Shown: positions 17,996 to 28,895 of the stretch, piece by piece
Layout: every line of letters starts with the position of its first letter
How positions within the stretch are numbered: position 1 is the stretch's first letter
IMG/VR virus record: IMGVR_UViG_3300016265_001297
Span: 1 to 64,000 of that record
Direction: 5' to 3' (one strand)
From: a virus
Lineage: Duplodnaviria > Caudoviricetes
DNA: 64,000 nt
The notes under the pieces: generated by a model
Told to the model about the DNA's origin: nothing
What the model saw: only the letters and a program-made list of their open reading frames with translations
Database searches by the model: none
Made by a program: the position numbers and the translations under genes

Positions 17996-18535
17996 ATGAG
18001 TAACTATCACGAATATGGAGTAAATGTAAAAGTTTACGATAGCATTTATGTAGAAGGTCAAGAAATTCTTGATGAAGATGACCTAAATTTTGCTTATGAA
18101 TCAGCAGTACAAAGTTTTTGGAATAGTCTTTCTGACTATACAAAAAAGACTTTCAATAAAGATTGTTGGTCAGAAGGCAGAAGCGGTGGTTGGGCTATAT
18201 TTGATACAGGAGAATATGAACCGCCAGAGGAATGGGTAGAAACAGTAATAGAATACCTCGGTTGGGCAAAAGACGATATTTATCCTAGTATTGTAAAAGA
18301 TATTATTGAAGACAGAAGGTGGCAAGAGCATATTGTTTTTGTCACTAGCGACAAAGAAACATTTGAAATTATAAACAAGAAAAGCGTAGTGGCTACTGTA
18401 GAAACTGATCTTCTTAGCGATAAAAGTCAGGAAGATCAGATTCAGCAAAAGATAGATGATGATTTTGAGGATATGGCACTAATTCTTGATGGAAATCACA
18501 TTGTTGATTTTGTAAATATAAAAAGGAGAAACTAA
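17996..18535 (+). CDS. hypothetical acidic protein
   Basis: 179 aa with EGRSGGW motif, purine-rich RBS. Confidence 0.55.
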   Translation: MSNYHEYGVNVKVYDSIYVEGQEILDEDDLNFAYESAVQSFWNSLSDYTKKTFNKDCWSEGRSGGWAIFDTGEYEPPEEWVETVIEYLGWAKDDIYPSIVKDIIEDRRWQEHIVFVTSDKETFEIINKKSVVATVETDLLSDKSQEDQIQQKIDDDFEDMALILDGNHIVDFVNIKRRN

Positions 18536-18803
18536 ATGACTGAACTATACGGTGGAGAAGTAGTTTTTGAGTGTGATTACGAAAAAGAAAACTATAAGCA
18601 GTTTTGTGATGATATGCTTTACGCAGGACTTGAGTGTAAGCATTATTTTGGAAGGTTTTTTTACGAGGGTCCATCGGTTGTAGTAAGTGATATTCAGAAA
18701 GCACTAAGCAATACTAAGGTCAAGTGTAGAACTGATAGTATGGGCCTTGAATATGTAGTTTATCCAGAGTAGGCTCCCACTAAAAAAATCAGATAGCCTA
18801 GTA

Positions 18804-18849
18804 TAGTCCTGCGGCTGTATCCCGGCGATGCCGGGGCAGCCAGCAGGCA
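18804..18849 (+). repeat. 46-bp GC-rich hairpin leader, copy 2
   Basis: Identical to 15194-15239, between a TATAGT -10 and an AGAAAGGA RBS. Confidence 0.95.
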
Positions 18850-19830
18850 AATACTAGAAAGGAATTATGAAGGTAGATAGCAACATTGTTATTGAGAGAG
18901 AAAGTATTTCTCTTGAAAAGTGTGAAAAGAATGTTTGGAAACTGTCCATTGAAGGCAATGTATATTACATTCATTACGGCAATGGCAAATTTGGAATAAC
19001 CAAAGAATACAGTAATACAGTACAAGGTTATGGCGGCGAAGAGACACTTAGCAGAGAAATTCTTATAGAAGAGTTTAGCGACCCTTATAAACTAGCAAGA
19101 TACATTATAGAAAACATTTTATAATTATGGAAGACCTTACTATAGAAAAGGCAGTAGAGAACGCAGCAAAAGTAGGAGAACCTTTTGTTGTAAATAGCCT
19201 TTATGAATCTTCGCCAAGAAATTTGTATGTGGCTATGGTAAAAAGAGATTTTTCGCCTTTTGGCGAAGAGAGATCATTTGCTACAATTTTGGTAAATGAA
19301 ACTCGTTGCTTTGATGGTCATTATGATATGACTTATACTGATGCTTGGGATGATTTACTAGAAAGGAGTAATAGAAAATAATGGGACTAACTGAGGCTGT
19401 ACTCGCAATTTGTGAGGCAAATATTGATCATATGGCTAAATATAGGTGGGATATTGAAGAGATTGATTATGAAAGTAGTTCGTACTATGATTGGCTTGTT
19501 GATGAATCTAATAAAATGGCAGACTTTGTTTTTGAAGGAATTGATAACTCTATTGAGAGGTATATTGATTCTGGAGATATGAATCCTCCGCCTGATAAGG
19601 ATAAGTAATGAATTACGACCAGTATGATTTATATTATATTCTGGAGCGAGATTTTGAAGCAAGAATAAGTAGTCTTTGCCGCGACCTTATAAAGCAAAAA
19701 GCTGGCGGAAAAGTTTATGAATTTGATTTAGAAGAAGAGGTTTGGTCTATAACCGATACGATTCTACAATCAATTCAAGACAATATTAGTCAGCACCTAG
19801 ATAATAACATACCTAGTTGGAAGGAGAATA

Positions 19831-20415
19831 ATGAGTAGGAAACTTAGAAATCAATGGTGGGAAGATTATGACTGGTATAAAGCACAAGGATTTGCTGATG
19901 ATTATGAGGATATTCCCGGCGTAAATTTTGACGAAGAAGGCGTAGTAAGTTTTCCAGACAATATTGAACAATATAATCTTCCTATGGTGACTGCGGAAGC
20001 ATATTACGATACTGTTGATGTAGAAGTTACTATTTGCCAAATTGATGATTCTCAGGCTAGTTATAGTGATGTAGTTGATTGTGCTAATGAAATCATTTCT
20101 GGGCATTCTACTGTAATAAAAGATTGGCCCGGAGAATTTGCCGGAGCAGCAATAACAAGCGCAATAGAAAATACAAGAATTATTATTTCTGGAATTACAT
20201 TTGTTTGGGGAAGGCAAACAGAATTTTTTAGAAGTTTTTCTGAGCGCCACCCGTTTGTGGAAATTCATTGTGAATCAACTAATATTGATTCGAATTATTT
20301 TTGTGAAGATATTTTTGCTGACGGTAGATATATTCTAAATTGCGAAGATAGTTTTTCCAATAAGTATCCAGATATTTACCGCGAGTATCTAGAAGAAGTA
20401 ATGGCGGAAAACTAG
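19831..20415 (+). CDS. hypothetical acidic protein
   Basis: 194 aa, D/E-rich. Confidence 0.55.
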   Translation: MSRKLRNQWWEDYDWYKAQGFADDYEDIPGVNFDEEGVVSFPDNIEQYNLPMVTAEAYYDTVDVEVTICQIDDSQASYSDVVDCANEIISGHSTVIKDWPGEFAGAAITSAIENTRIIISGITFVWGRQTEFFRSFSERHPFVEIHCESTNIDSNYFCEDIFADGRYILNCEDSFSNKYPDIYREYLEEVMAEN

Positions 20416-20506
20416 CCGGTAAATTGTCACACAAGAAAAATTGGCGGTGCTATATTGTGTGTCGCTTGGGAAGCCGCGCAAGACAGAAAATGAGAAAGGA
20501 AATACA

Positions 20507-21007
20507 ATGAAGATCGTTACCGATGAAGTTTCAGGCAGAAAACTGATAGTTGATGAAGATTATTGGACAGATTATGGAGAAAACGCAGACGAATATTTTT
20601 CTCGGTTCAATATTCGTTCTAATCTATACGCTATTAGAAATAGGGCCAGCATTAGTGAAGTAATTGACTTTGCTAATAAGGTTCGCAAAGCAGGCGGAGG
20701 AAATATTATTGATAGTCTTATGCCTAGCACTCCTGAACAATCAGATAGTTGTCTTATTGCTAATGCTCTAAATTTTGATTGTACTATCGAACCTAATAGT
20801 GATGATACTTGGAGTATGATTATTGATGATGTAGATACTGGTGAGAAAATTGCTGAGAAACTTGGCCTTGACTATAATCACCACGGCGATTCTATTGAGA
20901 TTATTTTGCCAAAAAAGATTGGCCTAGTAGCAAAAGCATTTGATACTTATATGGATTATGAGTTGGAAACTTATAACATACACACTGAGATAATGGAGGT
21001 AGCATAA
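20507..21007 (+). CDS. hypothetical protein
   Basis: ATG at 20507 after GAGAAAGGAAA. Confidence 0.55.
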   Translation: MKIVTDEVSGRKLIVDEDYWTDYGENADEYFSRFNIRSNLYAIRNRASISEVIDFANKVRKAGGGNIIDSLMPSTPEQSDSCLIANALNFDCTIEPNSDDTWSMIIDDVDTGEKIAEKLGLDYNHHGDSIEIILPKKIGLVAKAFDTYMDYELETYNIHTEIMEVA

Positions 21008-21495
21008 TGCCTAATTGGTGTCGTAACGACCTAGATATTGTTGGTCAGGAAAATGTTGTAAATGATTTTATTGAGGTAGCCAAACTAGAAATAGATGAAG
21101 GAATTGTTCCTCTTTGTTTTGCCAACCTTTATCCAGAGCCTGATTATGATAAAAATCCGTCAGAGGATTCTTCCGTTATGCCAGATTGGTACAATTGGAG
21201 AATTGAGAATTGGGGAACAAAGTGGGATTTGGATATAAATACTCAATTTGATTCAGGAATAGGATGGGCAAGTTATGTATTTGATACTGCTTGGAGTCCA
21301 CCACTAGAATTATTTGATGTAGTGGCAGGAGATTATCCAGCACTAAAGTTTACACTTACTTTCGGTGAAATGGGTATGTGGTTTTCAGGACGAACTGTTT
21401 GGCAAACAGGAAAAAGATTCTCTCATATTGAGGGAGAATATGAAGCATTTTTTCCAGAAGAAGCAGAACAACTATTAGAGTATTCGGAGGAATAG
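21007..21495 (+). CDS. YubB/DUF1281-like ferredoxin-fold protein
   Basis: MPNWCRN...WYNWRIENWGTKWD...FDTAWSPP. Confidence 0.8.
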   Translation: MPNWCRNDLDIVGQENVVNDFIEVAKLEIDEGIVPLCFANLYPEPDYDKNPSEDSSVMPDWYNWRIENWGTKWDLDINTQFDSGIGWASYVFDTAWSPPLELFDVVAGDYPALKFTLTFGEMGMWFSGRTVWQTGKRFSHIEGEYEAFFPEEAEQLLEYSEE

Positions 21496-21496
21496 A

Positions 21497-22480
21497 TTGG
21501 CTAAAGGAAAAAAGACAGCAGAGATTTATGAAGAGGTAACTCAAAGAATTATTGATTCTTTGGAAAAGGGAATTATTCCGTGGAATAAACCGTGGGTTTC
21601 TATTGGAGGTCATAAGAATTATGTTTCTCAGAAACCTTATAGGGGAATAAATCCTTTCCTACTACAAATCTCATCTATTGACAATGATTTTGTTTCACCC
21701 TTTTGGCTGACTTATAATCAGGCAAGCGAATTGTCTGTCAAAAAGTGGCTAAAGGATAATAACCTTACAGACACAGATGATAATAGAGCAGCATATAAGA
21801 ATGACGAAAATGGATACAAAGGTGTAAGGAAGGGCGAAAAGTCCACCACAATTATTTTCTGGAATACATTTACTATCGAAGATAAGGATAACCGTGATGA
21901 AAATGGGAAGCCAGAGAAAAAGACAATTCCTTATCTAAAGTATATTTCTATTTTCAATACAGATCAAACCGATCTTGGTATAGAAATTCCAGAAATTAGC
22001 GATAAACAATTTGACCCAATTGAGGAAGCACAATCCGTAATTGATGATTGGCCGGACAGACCAGAAATAAATCACGGAGGGGATATTGCTTCATACATTC
22101 CTTCATACGATCAGATTACTATGCCGCTTCCAGAAATGTTTGATAGTGAAAATTATTATTACAAAACTCTTTACCACGAAGCAATCCATTCTACTGGTCA
22201 TAAAAGTAGGCTGAACAGAATCAAGGAATCGTCAGGATTTGGAAGCGACCCATATGCTAAGGAAGAATTGGTAGCAGAATTGGGAGCCGCTATTATGATG
22301 AATTATGTTGGAATCGAAACTCCAGAAACTGATAAAAATACAGAGGCATACATAAAAAGCTGGATAAAGAGATTCAAGGAAGATTCTAAATTGATAATTT
22401 CAGCAGGGTCTAAGGCGCAGAAAGCAGCAGACTATATTATCGGCGCAGAAGATGAAACAGAAACTGACGATAAGGGTTAG
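21497..22480 (+). CDS. ardC: ArdC-like ssDNA-binding antirestriction protein (DUF1738 + zincin domain)
   Basis: IIDSLEKGIIPWNKPW, YRGINPFLL, WLTYNQA, VRKGEKS, HEAIHSTGH, YAKEELVAELGA. Confidence 0.92.
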   Translation: MAKGKKTAEIYEEVTQRIIDSLEKGIIPWNKPWVSIGGHKNYVSQKPYRGINPFLLQISSIDNDFVSPFWLTYNQASELSVKKWLKDNNLTDTDDNRAAYKNDENGYKGVRKGEKSTTIIFWNTFTIEDKDNRDENGKPEKKTIPYLKYISIFNTDQTDLGIEIPEISDKQFDPIEEAQSVIDDWPDRPEINHGGDIASYIPSYDQITMPLPEMFDSENYYYKTLYHEAIHSTGHKSRLNRIKESSGFGSDPYAKEELVAELGAAIMMNYVGIETPETDKNTEAYIKSWIKRFKEDSKLIISAGSKAQKAADYIIGAEDETETDDKG

Positions 22481-22572
22481 CAAACTTTTCACACAGCAAA
22501 AATTAGGCTTGGTAGCCTTACATAGTCGCGGTACACTATCCGCAGACAATCCAGCCACTAAGAAAGGTAAAA

Positions 22573-22941
22573 ATGCCAGAAAATATTTCTACAGATGATT
22601 TGATTGATCGTAAAGACGAAATCATAAAAGAAATCGAAGATGCTCTTCATAACGGTCTTTGTGATATTGACACATTCAAAGATATGGTTGATGAATTTTA
22701 CGAAATTTCTCAGATTGGGGCAGATTGTAGTGATTTTGATTATGGCGCAACGCTAATTCACGAAGACAATTTCACAGATTACATTGAAGAGTTTATTGCT
22801 GATGTATATCACGAAACATATCAATTGGTGGAAAATTGTAGTTGGCCTGTAATCAAAATTGATTATGAACAAAGCGCCAGCGATGCTAGAATGGACTACA
22901 CAGAAGTAGAATATCTTGGTGAAACTTATCTGACTAGATAG
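22573..22941 (+). CDS. ArdA/Ocr-like acidic protein, paralog 2
   Basis: TLIHEDNFTDYIEEFI...WPVIKIDYEQSA...YLGETY. Confidence 0.6.
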   Translation: MPENISTDDLIDRKDEIIKEIEDALHNGLCDIDTFKDMVDEFYEISQIGADCSDFDYGATLIHEDNFTDYIEEFIADVYHETYQLVENCSWPVIKIDYEQSASDARMDYTEVEYLGETYLTR

Positions 22942-23034
22942 TTTTGTTACATTTTCGCGCAACAAAAACTACCTAGCCTATACTAAGTGAGCGGTCGGAG
23001 GATGGCCGCAAAAATAATCAAGAAAGGAAAGTAA

Positions 23035-23775
23035 ATGCCAACCAAGACAGAAGAAATCCTAGCAGAAATGCTTACAGAAAATACTGGACGGCATATGCTA
23101 GATTCTGGTGGAGCATATGGAAGAAATTGGGAAAGAAATCAAGGCCTTACTGTAAACGATTTTATAAATTCAGATAAGGTAAGAATTACTAAGTATGGTC
23201 CGGTCGCAAGTCTATTTCATTATCTAAATGATAGTTTGGAATATGCGGAGGAACTAGATAAGGAATTTCAGGAGTGGATAGATAATCCTATTCGCAAAGA
23301 TAATTCATATATACAAGATAGTTGTGATTGGGCCAGCAATTTTGAGGAATCATATTATCCTAGTTTCAATAGTTATGACGGCGAGAATATTCTTTCTCAG
23401 TGTTTCCAAGTAGAAACTTTTAGAGTAGATGGTGACGAATATTGTAGTCTTTCTATTCACGGAGGATGCGATATTCGCGGCGGATATACTAGGCCAAGAA
23501 TTTTCAAGGTTTATTCAGAAAGTTTTGGCTGGAGTTGTTCTGATTACACTATATTCTCAGTAGATAGAAAGGCAGAAAAAGTTGCTTTGGATATTAGGGG
23601 TGGGGAAATTATTGATTATGAAGGAAGTTATGTTGCTTATGATGACCCTCTAAGTAATTGGGCAGACTTCTACACACAAAAAGAAGGTTATCCAATTTGG
23701 GATGAAGAAAAAGAAATGTGGAAAGCGCCAGATGGTGATGGATACATTGATATTGATGTTTGTTGGGATTACTAG
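23035..23775 (+). CDS. conserved phage hypothetical protein
   Basis: MLTENTGRHMLDSGGAYGRNWERNQ...IHGGCDIRGGYT. Confidence 0.65.
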   Translation: MPTKTEEILAEMLTENTGRHMLDSGGAYGRNWERNQGLTVNDFINSDKVRITKYGPVASLFHYLNDSLEYAEELDKEFQEWIDNPIRKDNSYIQDSCDWASNFEESYYPSFNSYDGENILSQCFQVETFRVDGDEYCSLSIHGGCDIRGGYTRPRIFKVYSESFGWSCSDYTIFSVDRKAEKVALDIRGGEIIDYEGSYVAYDDPLSNWADFYTQKEGYPIWDEEKEMWKAPDGDGYIDIDVCWDY

Positions 23776-24311
23776 AAGGAGCAATATGAATTATCAAGAA
23801 ATTATTGATAGCGTTATTGAGCATCACGAAAGAGGCGACGAAACTGTAAGCGTAAATGATATTGCTATGACTTTTGGTTACGATAAAAAAGATGTAGAAA
23901 GTTGTTTTGTCGAACTAAAAGAAATTGGCTTGATGGATAGTAATTCAGAAGGTCTTTGGTGGTCAAAAGTAAAAGAAGCAACTATAGTAGAAGATTGGGA
24001 ATACTTTACACTACAATAATGGCCTCTAACACAGAACAATTCGCAAAGTCTTTTATAGGTACTAGACTAATTATAGATAATAAAAATTGGACTATTACTA
24101 ATTTTTATGATGGAGATACTAATGCGGAAGAAGACTGTTGGTTTATTCTTTCTGACGGAAAAAACAATATTGAAATTCATTATGAAGATTATGATGAAGG
24201 ACAGATATTTTCGCCAGAGGATTATTATCTAGATGGAAAACTAATAGAATATCCTGACGGGGAACCGCCTAGCGTTTCTATTAGAAGAGAAGAGCAAAAG
24301 AAAGAGGAACA

Positions 24312-24659
24312 ATGAATACACCGTGGGGAAATGCTGAATTTATACACTATTTTGGAAATAGCCTAGAGCAAAGAAAAGAAAATGTGGTTATAGTATCTAC
24401 CCCTAGTCACGGAGGAATTGGAATAAAGGTAGATGCCGCAGAAAACTTTTATGAAATTTCTGATTACGCAAAAGATATAGCAATCAAGTCAAATGGATAT
24501 TACTGGTTTGAGGAAGATTGCGACTGGTCAGTAGCAGTAATAGAGTTAGAATTATATGATATATTTGGGTCAGAGCAAAGAGATTCAGCAATAGATTGTG
24601 CTGAAAGGTGGCACTCAGATTATCTAAGCAGAATTGGCGGAGCAGAAACTAGCGCGTAA
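24312..24659 (+). CDS. DUF7007-like protein
   Basis: TPWG...VSTPSHGG...WFEEDCDW. Confidence 0.7.
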   Translation: MNTPWGNAEFIHYFGNSLEQRKENVVIVSTPSHGGIGIKVDAAENFYEISDYAKDIAIKSNGYYWFEEDCDWSVAVIELELYDIFGSEQRDSAIDCAERWHSDYLSRIGGAETSA

Positions 24660-24710
24660 AATTAGGCTAGTCTTTACACTACAATAATGGCTTGGTCTAG
24701 CCTTACTGGG

Positions 24711-24836
24711 GCGCGACAGGACAGCGCCATAGCGCGACAGGACAGCGCCATAGCGCGACAGGACAGCGCCATAGCGCGACAGGACAGCGCCATAGCGCGA
24801 CAGGACAGCGCCATAGCGCGACAGGACAGCGCCATA
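24711..24836. repeat. tandem array of 6 perfect 21-bp units
   Basis: (GCGCGACAGGACAGCGCCATA)x6, 14/21 G+C, no spacers. Confidence 0.98.
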
Positions 24837-25523
24837 TATATACAACGGCCCGGAGGATAAAATATACGAATCAAATAAAAATAATAAAAAAGTTAGATCA
24901 AATGATTTGATTGATTTTTCTGATAAAATGTGGGAAAAATATCAAGATTCTTTTTCAGATTTACAAAAAAGCGACTTTCTAAGATATATCAAAGACCATC
25001 TTTACGAAAATAATCCTATGATAGTTGGCAAAAGCAAGGTAAAAAATCTAGATATTTTTATTGACTACAATCACAACAATAAAGGAAAAAATGAAGCCTA
25101 AACCATTTATTGATATGACAAACGAGCAAGAGGTAATCAGAGAAGCAAATCAAATTTTTGATGGCGATCAATATAAAGCAGAAACTATTGAGCAAGCACT
25201 AAATATGTTTGTTCATAATGGAGAATATGATGAAATTGTTTCTATAGAAGGAAATGAGCCAGAAAATGCCGTAAGGATTAGCGATTGGATTTTGTGGACA
25301 GACTCACAAGGAAATCAAACAGCATTTCAGTATGAGAATGAAGAAACCGCTTCTCATTTGATAGAATGTTATGATAAGGGAATCGAAAATCCGGGGGTAT
25401 AATGTATAAAATCGTTCATAAAAACAATGGCAACACTGTAATTTTTTCCACAAAAGAAAAGAAAGAAGTAGAAGTTAGGCCAGACGGAATAGTTATTATT
25501 AGAAAGAGAAAGGATAAGTAATA

Positions 25524-25667
25524 ATGGATGATGATATTCAGATTGACGAGTTGGAAGATATTATGTTTGATGGAATGGCAACTCTAGATTGTGGTTGTAC
25601 AGTAGAACCCGATGGAGTTTGTCCCTGCGGTAATCAATCACCACTATTGGAATTGGGAATGATATAA
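25524..25667 (+). CDS. small Cys-rich protein (GCxVEPDGxC motif)
   Basis: MDDDIQIDELEDIMFDGMATLDCGCTVEPDGVCPCGNQSPLLELGMI; below the ORF-track cutoff. Confidence 0.6.
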   Translation: MDDDIQIDELEDIMFDGMATLDCGCTVEPDGVCPCGNQSPLLELGMI

Positions 25668-26411
25668 ACAAACTTTTGCCTGACGAGTTTTTCCACAAGA
25701 AAAATTCGGCCTGATAGACTGATTAGGTCGCGTAAGTAGAGCGGAAGTTTATCCGCTAAAAATATGCGGCCCTTTAGTTGTTTACTACTCGCCCGAATCA
25801 AATATCGGAAACAAAAGAAATAAAAGTCAGAATCTCCCTTTCCTGATTACTGATAAAAGAAATCTTATTGGCTTTCTTGCGTAGTAAGAAAAGAGATTTC
25901 CAGAATTTATTCTGAATCCACCGAGGCGATTATTTTTATAACAGAAAGAGGAAAACATTATGTGGACAGTAAAACTCATTTACGGTATTAGATTTACCGC
26001 TAAAAATATGTCAAAAAACAATAATGTTCTTGTTTTTAGTGGAACAGATTACACTAAATCTGGCCTCGTATATGTTCATAAAAGCCAAATCGAAAAAATG
26101 GAAAGGGTAAGCCGATAAAATGATAAACGCTAATCCAGATTACATTTCTGATATTGCCTACGCAGTAAAAAAGATTGAGCAGTTTGGAGAAGGATATTAC
26201 AATAATGTAATGGCTTCGCTAAAGATTATTGAGGGAGTTATTGCTCAAAATGATGACAAAATTCTTTGCGGAGATTTTACTATCTGTGCGAAAGGCGTAG
26301 AAAAAAAGGCTAAGGATTTGGCTGCGGCTATTATGATTCATTCTAGTCTAAATACTCGCGGAGAAAAGAAAATCATTCTTGATAACGATATTGTTATTTT
26401 GGAGGGCTAAA

Positions 26412-26858
26412 ATGCTTCTGGATTTTTCTGACAAAACTAATCAGTATCAAGATATTGACCACGCTAATCGTATTATCCAAAAGCGTATCAATGACGCTGA
26501 AATGGAACTAGAGTTTATTATTGTAAATGAGGCAGACGATAAGGAAAATATTTGCGAGAGCATAAATGATCTACTCTATAATAAACTGGGCATTGATGAA
26601 GATACTGCCAATATGGATTTCTGGATGATTTTTCCAGAAATGTTTATGGATGAATTTTCCCAAAAGGTATTCTTTTCGCTTATGTTCTATCCAGATATGC
26701 GAGACAAAAAGATTACTTATGAAGATTATAGTTGGCCGCTTGATTTTATTGATTGGGATATGGCTACAAATAATCTTTTTGAGAGTATTGACCACAAAAA
26801 GTTTGATTGGAATGGAGAAACTTTTATAGCAGTGTATGATTGGGAAAGTTGTATCTAA
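26412..26858 (+). CDS. ArdA/Ocr-like acidic protein, paralog 3
   Basis: IFPEMFMDEFSQK...WPLDFIDWDMA...FDWNGETF. Confidence 0.55.
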   Translation: MLLDFSDKTNQYQDIDHANRIIQKRINDAEMELEFIIVNEADDKENICESINDLLYNKLGIDEDTANMDFWMIFPEMFMDEFSQKVFFSLMFYPDMRDKKITYEDYSWPLDFIDWDMATNNLFESIDHKKFDWNGETFIAVYDWESCI

Positions 26859-28359
26859 AATAAAAGGCTGACGAGTTTTTACCCAAAAAATATTCAGCGT
26901 GGTACGCTTCCGGTATCGCGTGATTGTCTTTATATATGGCAGGCCACGCTAGAGAAACAAAACGGAAAGGAAAACCTAAATGGTTATTGATGGAATGGTT
27001 ATTGTAAATGTAAAGTGGGATACAACTACTGACGAATATCCATATGGAGAACCGGAAGTAGAAACTGAATCAGTTGTAGGTGTCCCGGTAGATATTTACG
27101 AAATGGACGAAGAAAATAACTTTGACACTAACTATGTCACAGATTATTTGTCAGATGAATATGGCTGGTGCGTAGAATATTGGGGAAACTACTAAACTTT
27201 ACAAATATTCGCCCGAAGTAAATATCGGAAATATCGAAATTTATTTCGCTCTACTAAAAGTATAAAATAATCGGGCAAGCACTTTTATTTTATACAAACA
27301 ATGTCGGATAAGTTCAGACTAAGACAATATTTTTATTGTCTAGCAGAGGCGAAAATGGTATAGCGCCTACTTTTATAAAAAATAAAGAGCCAACCGAAGC
27401 GAAATAAAATATAGATAAAAAGATATATCTATTATTGGTTTTATAGATACTCTGCCTGTATAAACATTAGTGAACAAGCAGCAACAGGATAAAAGATAAA
27501 ACCACCGAGGCGAATAAAATTTATAAGTTATTTCGTTCGAATAAAAGTGCCGGAACGCGGCATACAATATCGGAAAAAAGATACGCGAGACAGAATAATA
27601 CTAGTAAAGTTCTGAAAACGAATAAAGAATGGAACACTATTACCCGAGCAACAAAAGGCAAAAACATTTTCGGGTAGCCTAATCAAAAGTGAAAATAGTG
27701 GTCTTTATTTGACAGCGGTTCCACCGAAACGGAATAAAATATTTATAAAAATACCGCCCGTAGTAAAGAACACAGTATCGGGGAAAGTATCGAATAAAGA
27801 GAAATCTGAAAAAGCCGAGGCGGTAAGATTTTACAAAAGGAAAAATGAGCGAGATCAAACTAACATATTACGAAAAGTTGCTTCTCATTGAGGCTATGGA
27901 AATGAAGATTGAGAAGGCCGAAGATATGATCAAGCAAGCAAAAAAGTGGAAGAATCAAGGAATAGAAGTTCATTCAGAAAAGATAGTTGATGTTTACCAA
28001 TCAGTTATCGAACAGCACAATGAAATCATAGAAAAGTTGTGGAAAAGGTAAATAAATGACAGAAGATTCTTTCAATAAGTTAGTAGAAGAAGTTATGGAA
28101 AATGCTTCTGATCAAGAAAAAGAATACCTAGAGCAAGAAAGAAAAAGGGTAGAGCAACAAATGGAAGCAGAGTGGAAAAACATATGGGTAATCCAAACCA
28201 AAAATTCTGATGGAGATTGGGTAAGTATTACTCAGGGCGATCAAATGATTAGGTTTGGAAATAAGGAATCAGCACAAGGAGTAATGAATTCTTTTATCGA
28301 AAACTACGGAATGAATCCTAACGATATAAGAATACAAGCAATCATAACAAGTGAGTAAG

Positions 28360-28389
28360 AACCGGGCTAATAAAATTGGTCCGGTTTTT
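28360..28389 (+). terminator. intrinsic terminator
   Basis: AACCGGGCTAAT-AAA-ATTGGTCCGGTT then TTT. Confidence 0.75.
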
Positions 28390-28508
28390 GCTTTAGAAAA
28401 TACTGACGAGTTTGACACCAAAAAATATTCGATAGTTTAGACTAGCGGTAGCGGGTGAGTCACTACAACCGACCGCCCCGAGGAAACAGAAAAACAGGAA
28501 AGGAAAAT

Positions 28509-28895
28509 ATGTCGCTCGATTGGAATCTGGAAAACATAGAAGATTATGAAAATATTTGTTGGGAAGTGAATGAGAAAACAGGAGAAAAGTATATGAATCC
28601 TATAACTCACTCACTTATTTTTGCGACAATATCAGTAGGGATAAGTGAAATCACGCAAGATAATGTCGCAGAGTTTTACAACAGGACTATTCTGACAGCC
28701 AATGTTTATGGTGAACCTATAAGTGAGTTTCCAGAAGAAGGCGGAATAGTTAGAAGAAACTATACTTTCGAGGAAGTAAAGCAACATATTGGGCTATCAA
28801 CAAATGCCAGCCATTATTCCGATAAGGAGTTTATGGAAAAAGTAAACAACGCCCAAGCCCAAAATCAAAAAGATTTGGAAGTATTCAATAAGTAA
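28509..28895 (+). CDS. conserved phage hypothetical protein
   Basis: MSLDWNL...LIFATISVG...EFYNR...HIGLSTN; ATG after GGAAAGGAAAA. Confidence 0.6.
   Translation: MSLDWNLENIEDYENICWEVNEKTGEKYMNPITHSLIFATISVGISEITQDNVAEFYNRTILTANVYGEPISEFPEEGGIVRRNYTFEEVKQHIGLSTNASHYSDKEFMEKVNNAQAQNQKDLEVFNK

Noticed and set aside
24711-24836. CRISPR array next to a solo Cas4-like gene
   Set aside because: Units are contiguous with no spacers. The Cas4-like protein sits in the recombination block, and no other cas genes are seen.
24624-24874. Minus-strand ORFs with YGAVLSR / MALSCRA repeats
   Set aside because: A by-product of a 21-bp stop-free repeat; no RBS, and antisense to the whole region.
27340-27420. 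tRNA-like GGCGAAAATGGTATAGCGCC
   Set aside because: Resembles a D-arm only; no anticodon arm, T-arm or acceptor stem follows.
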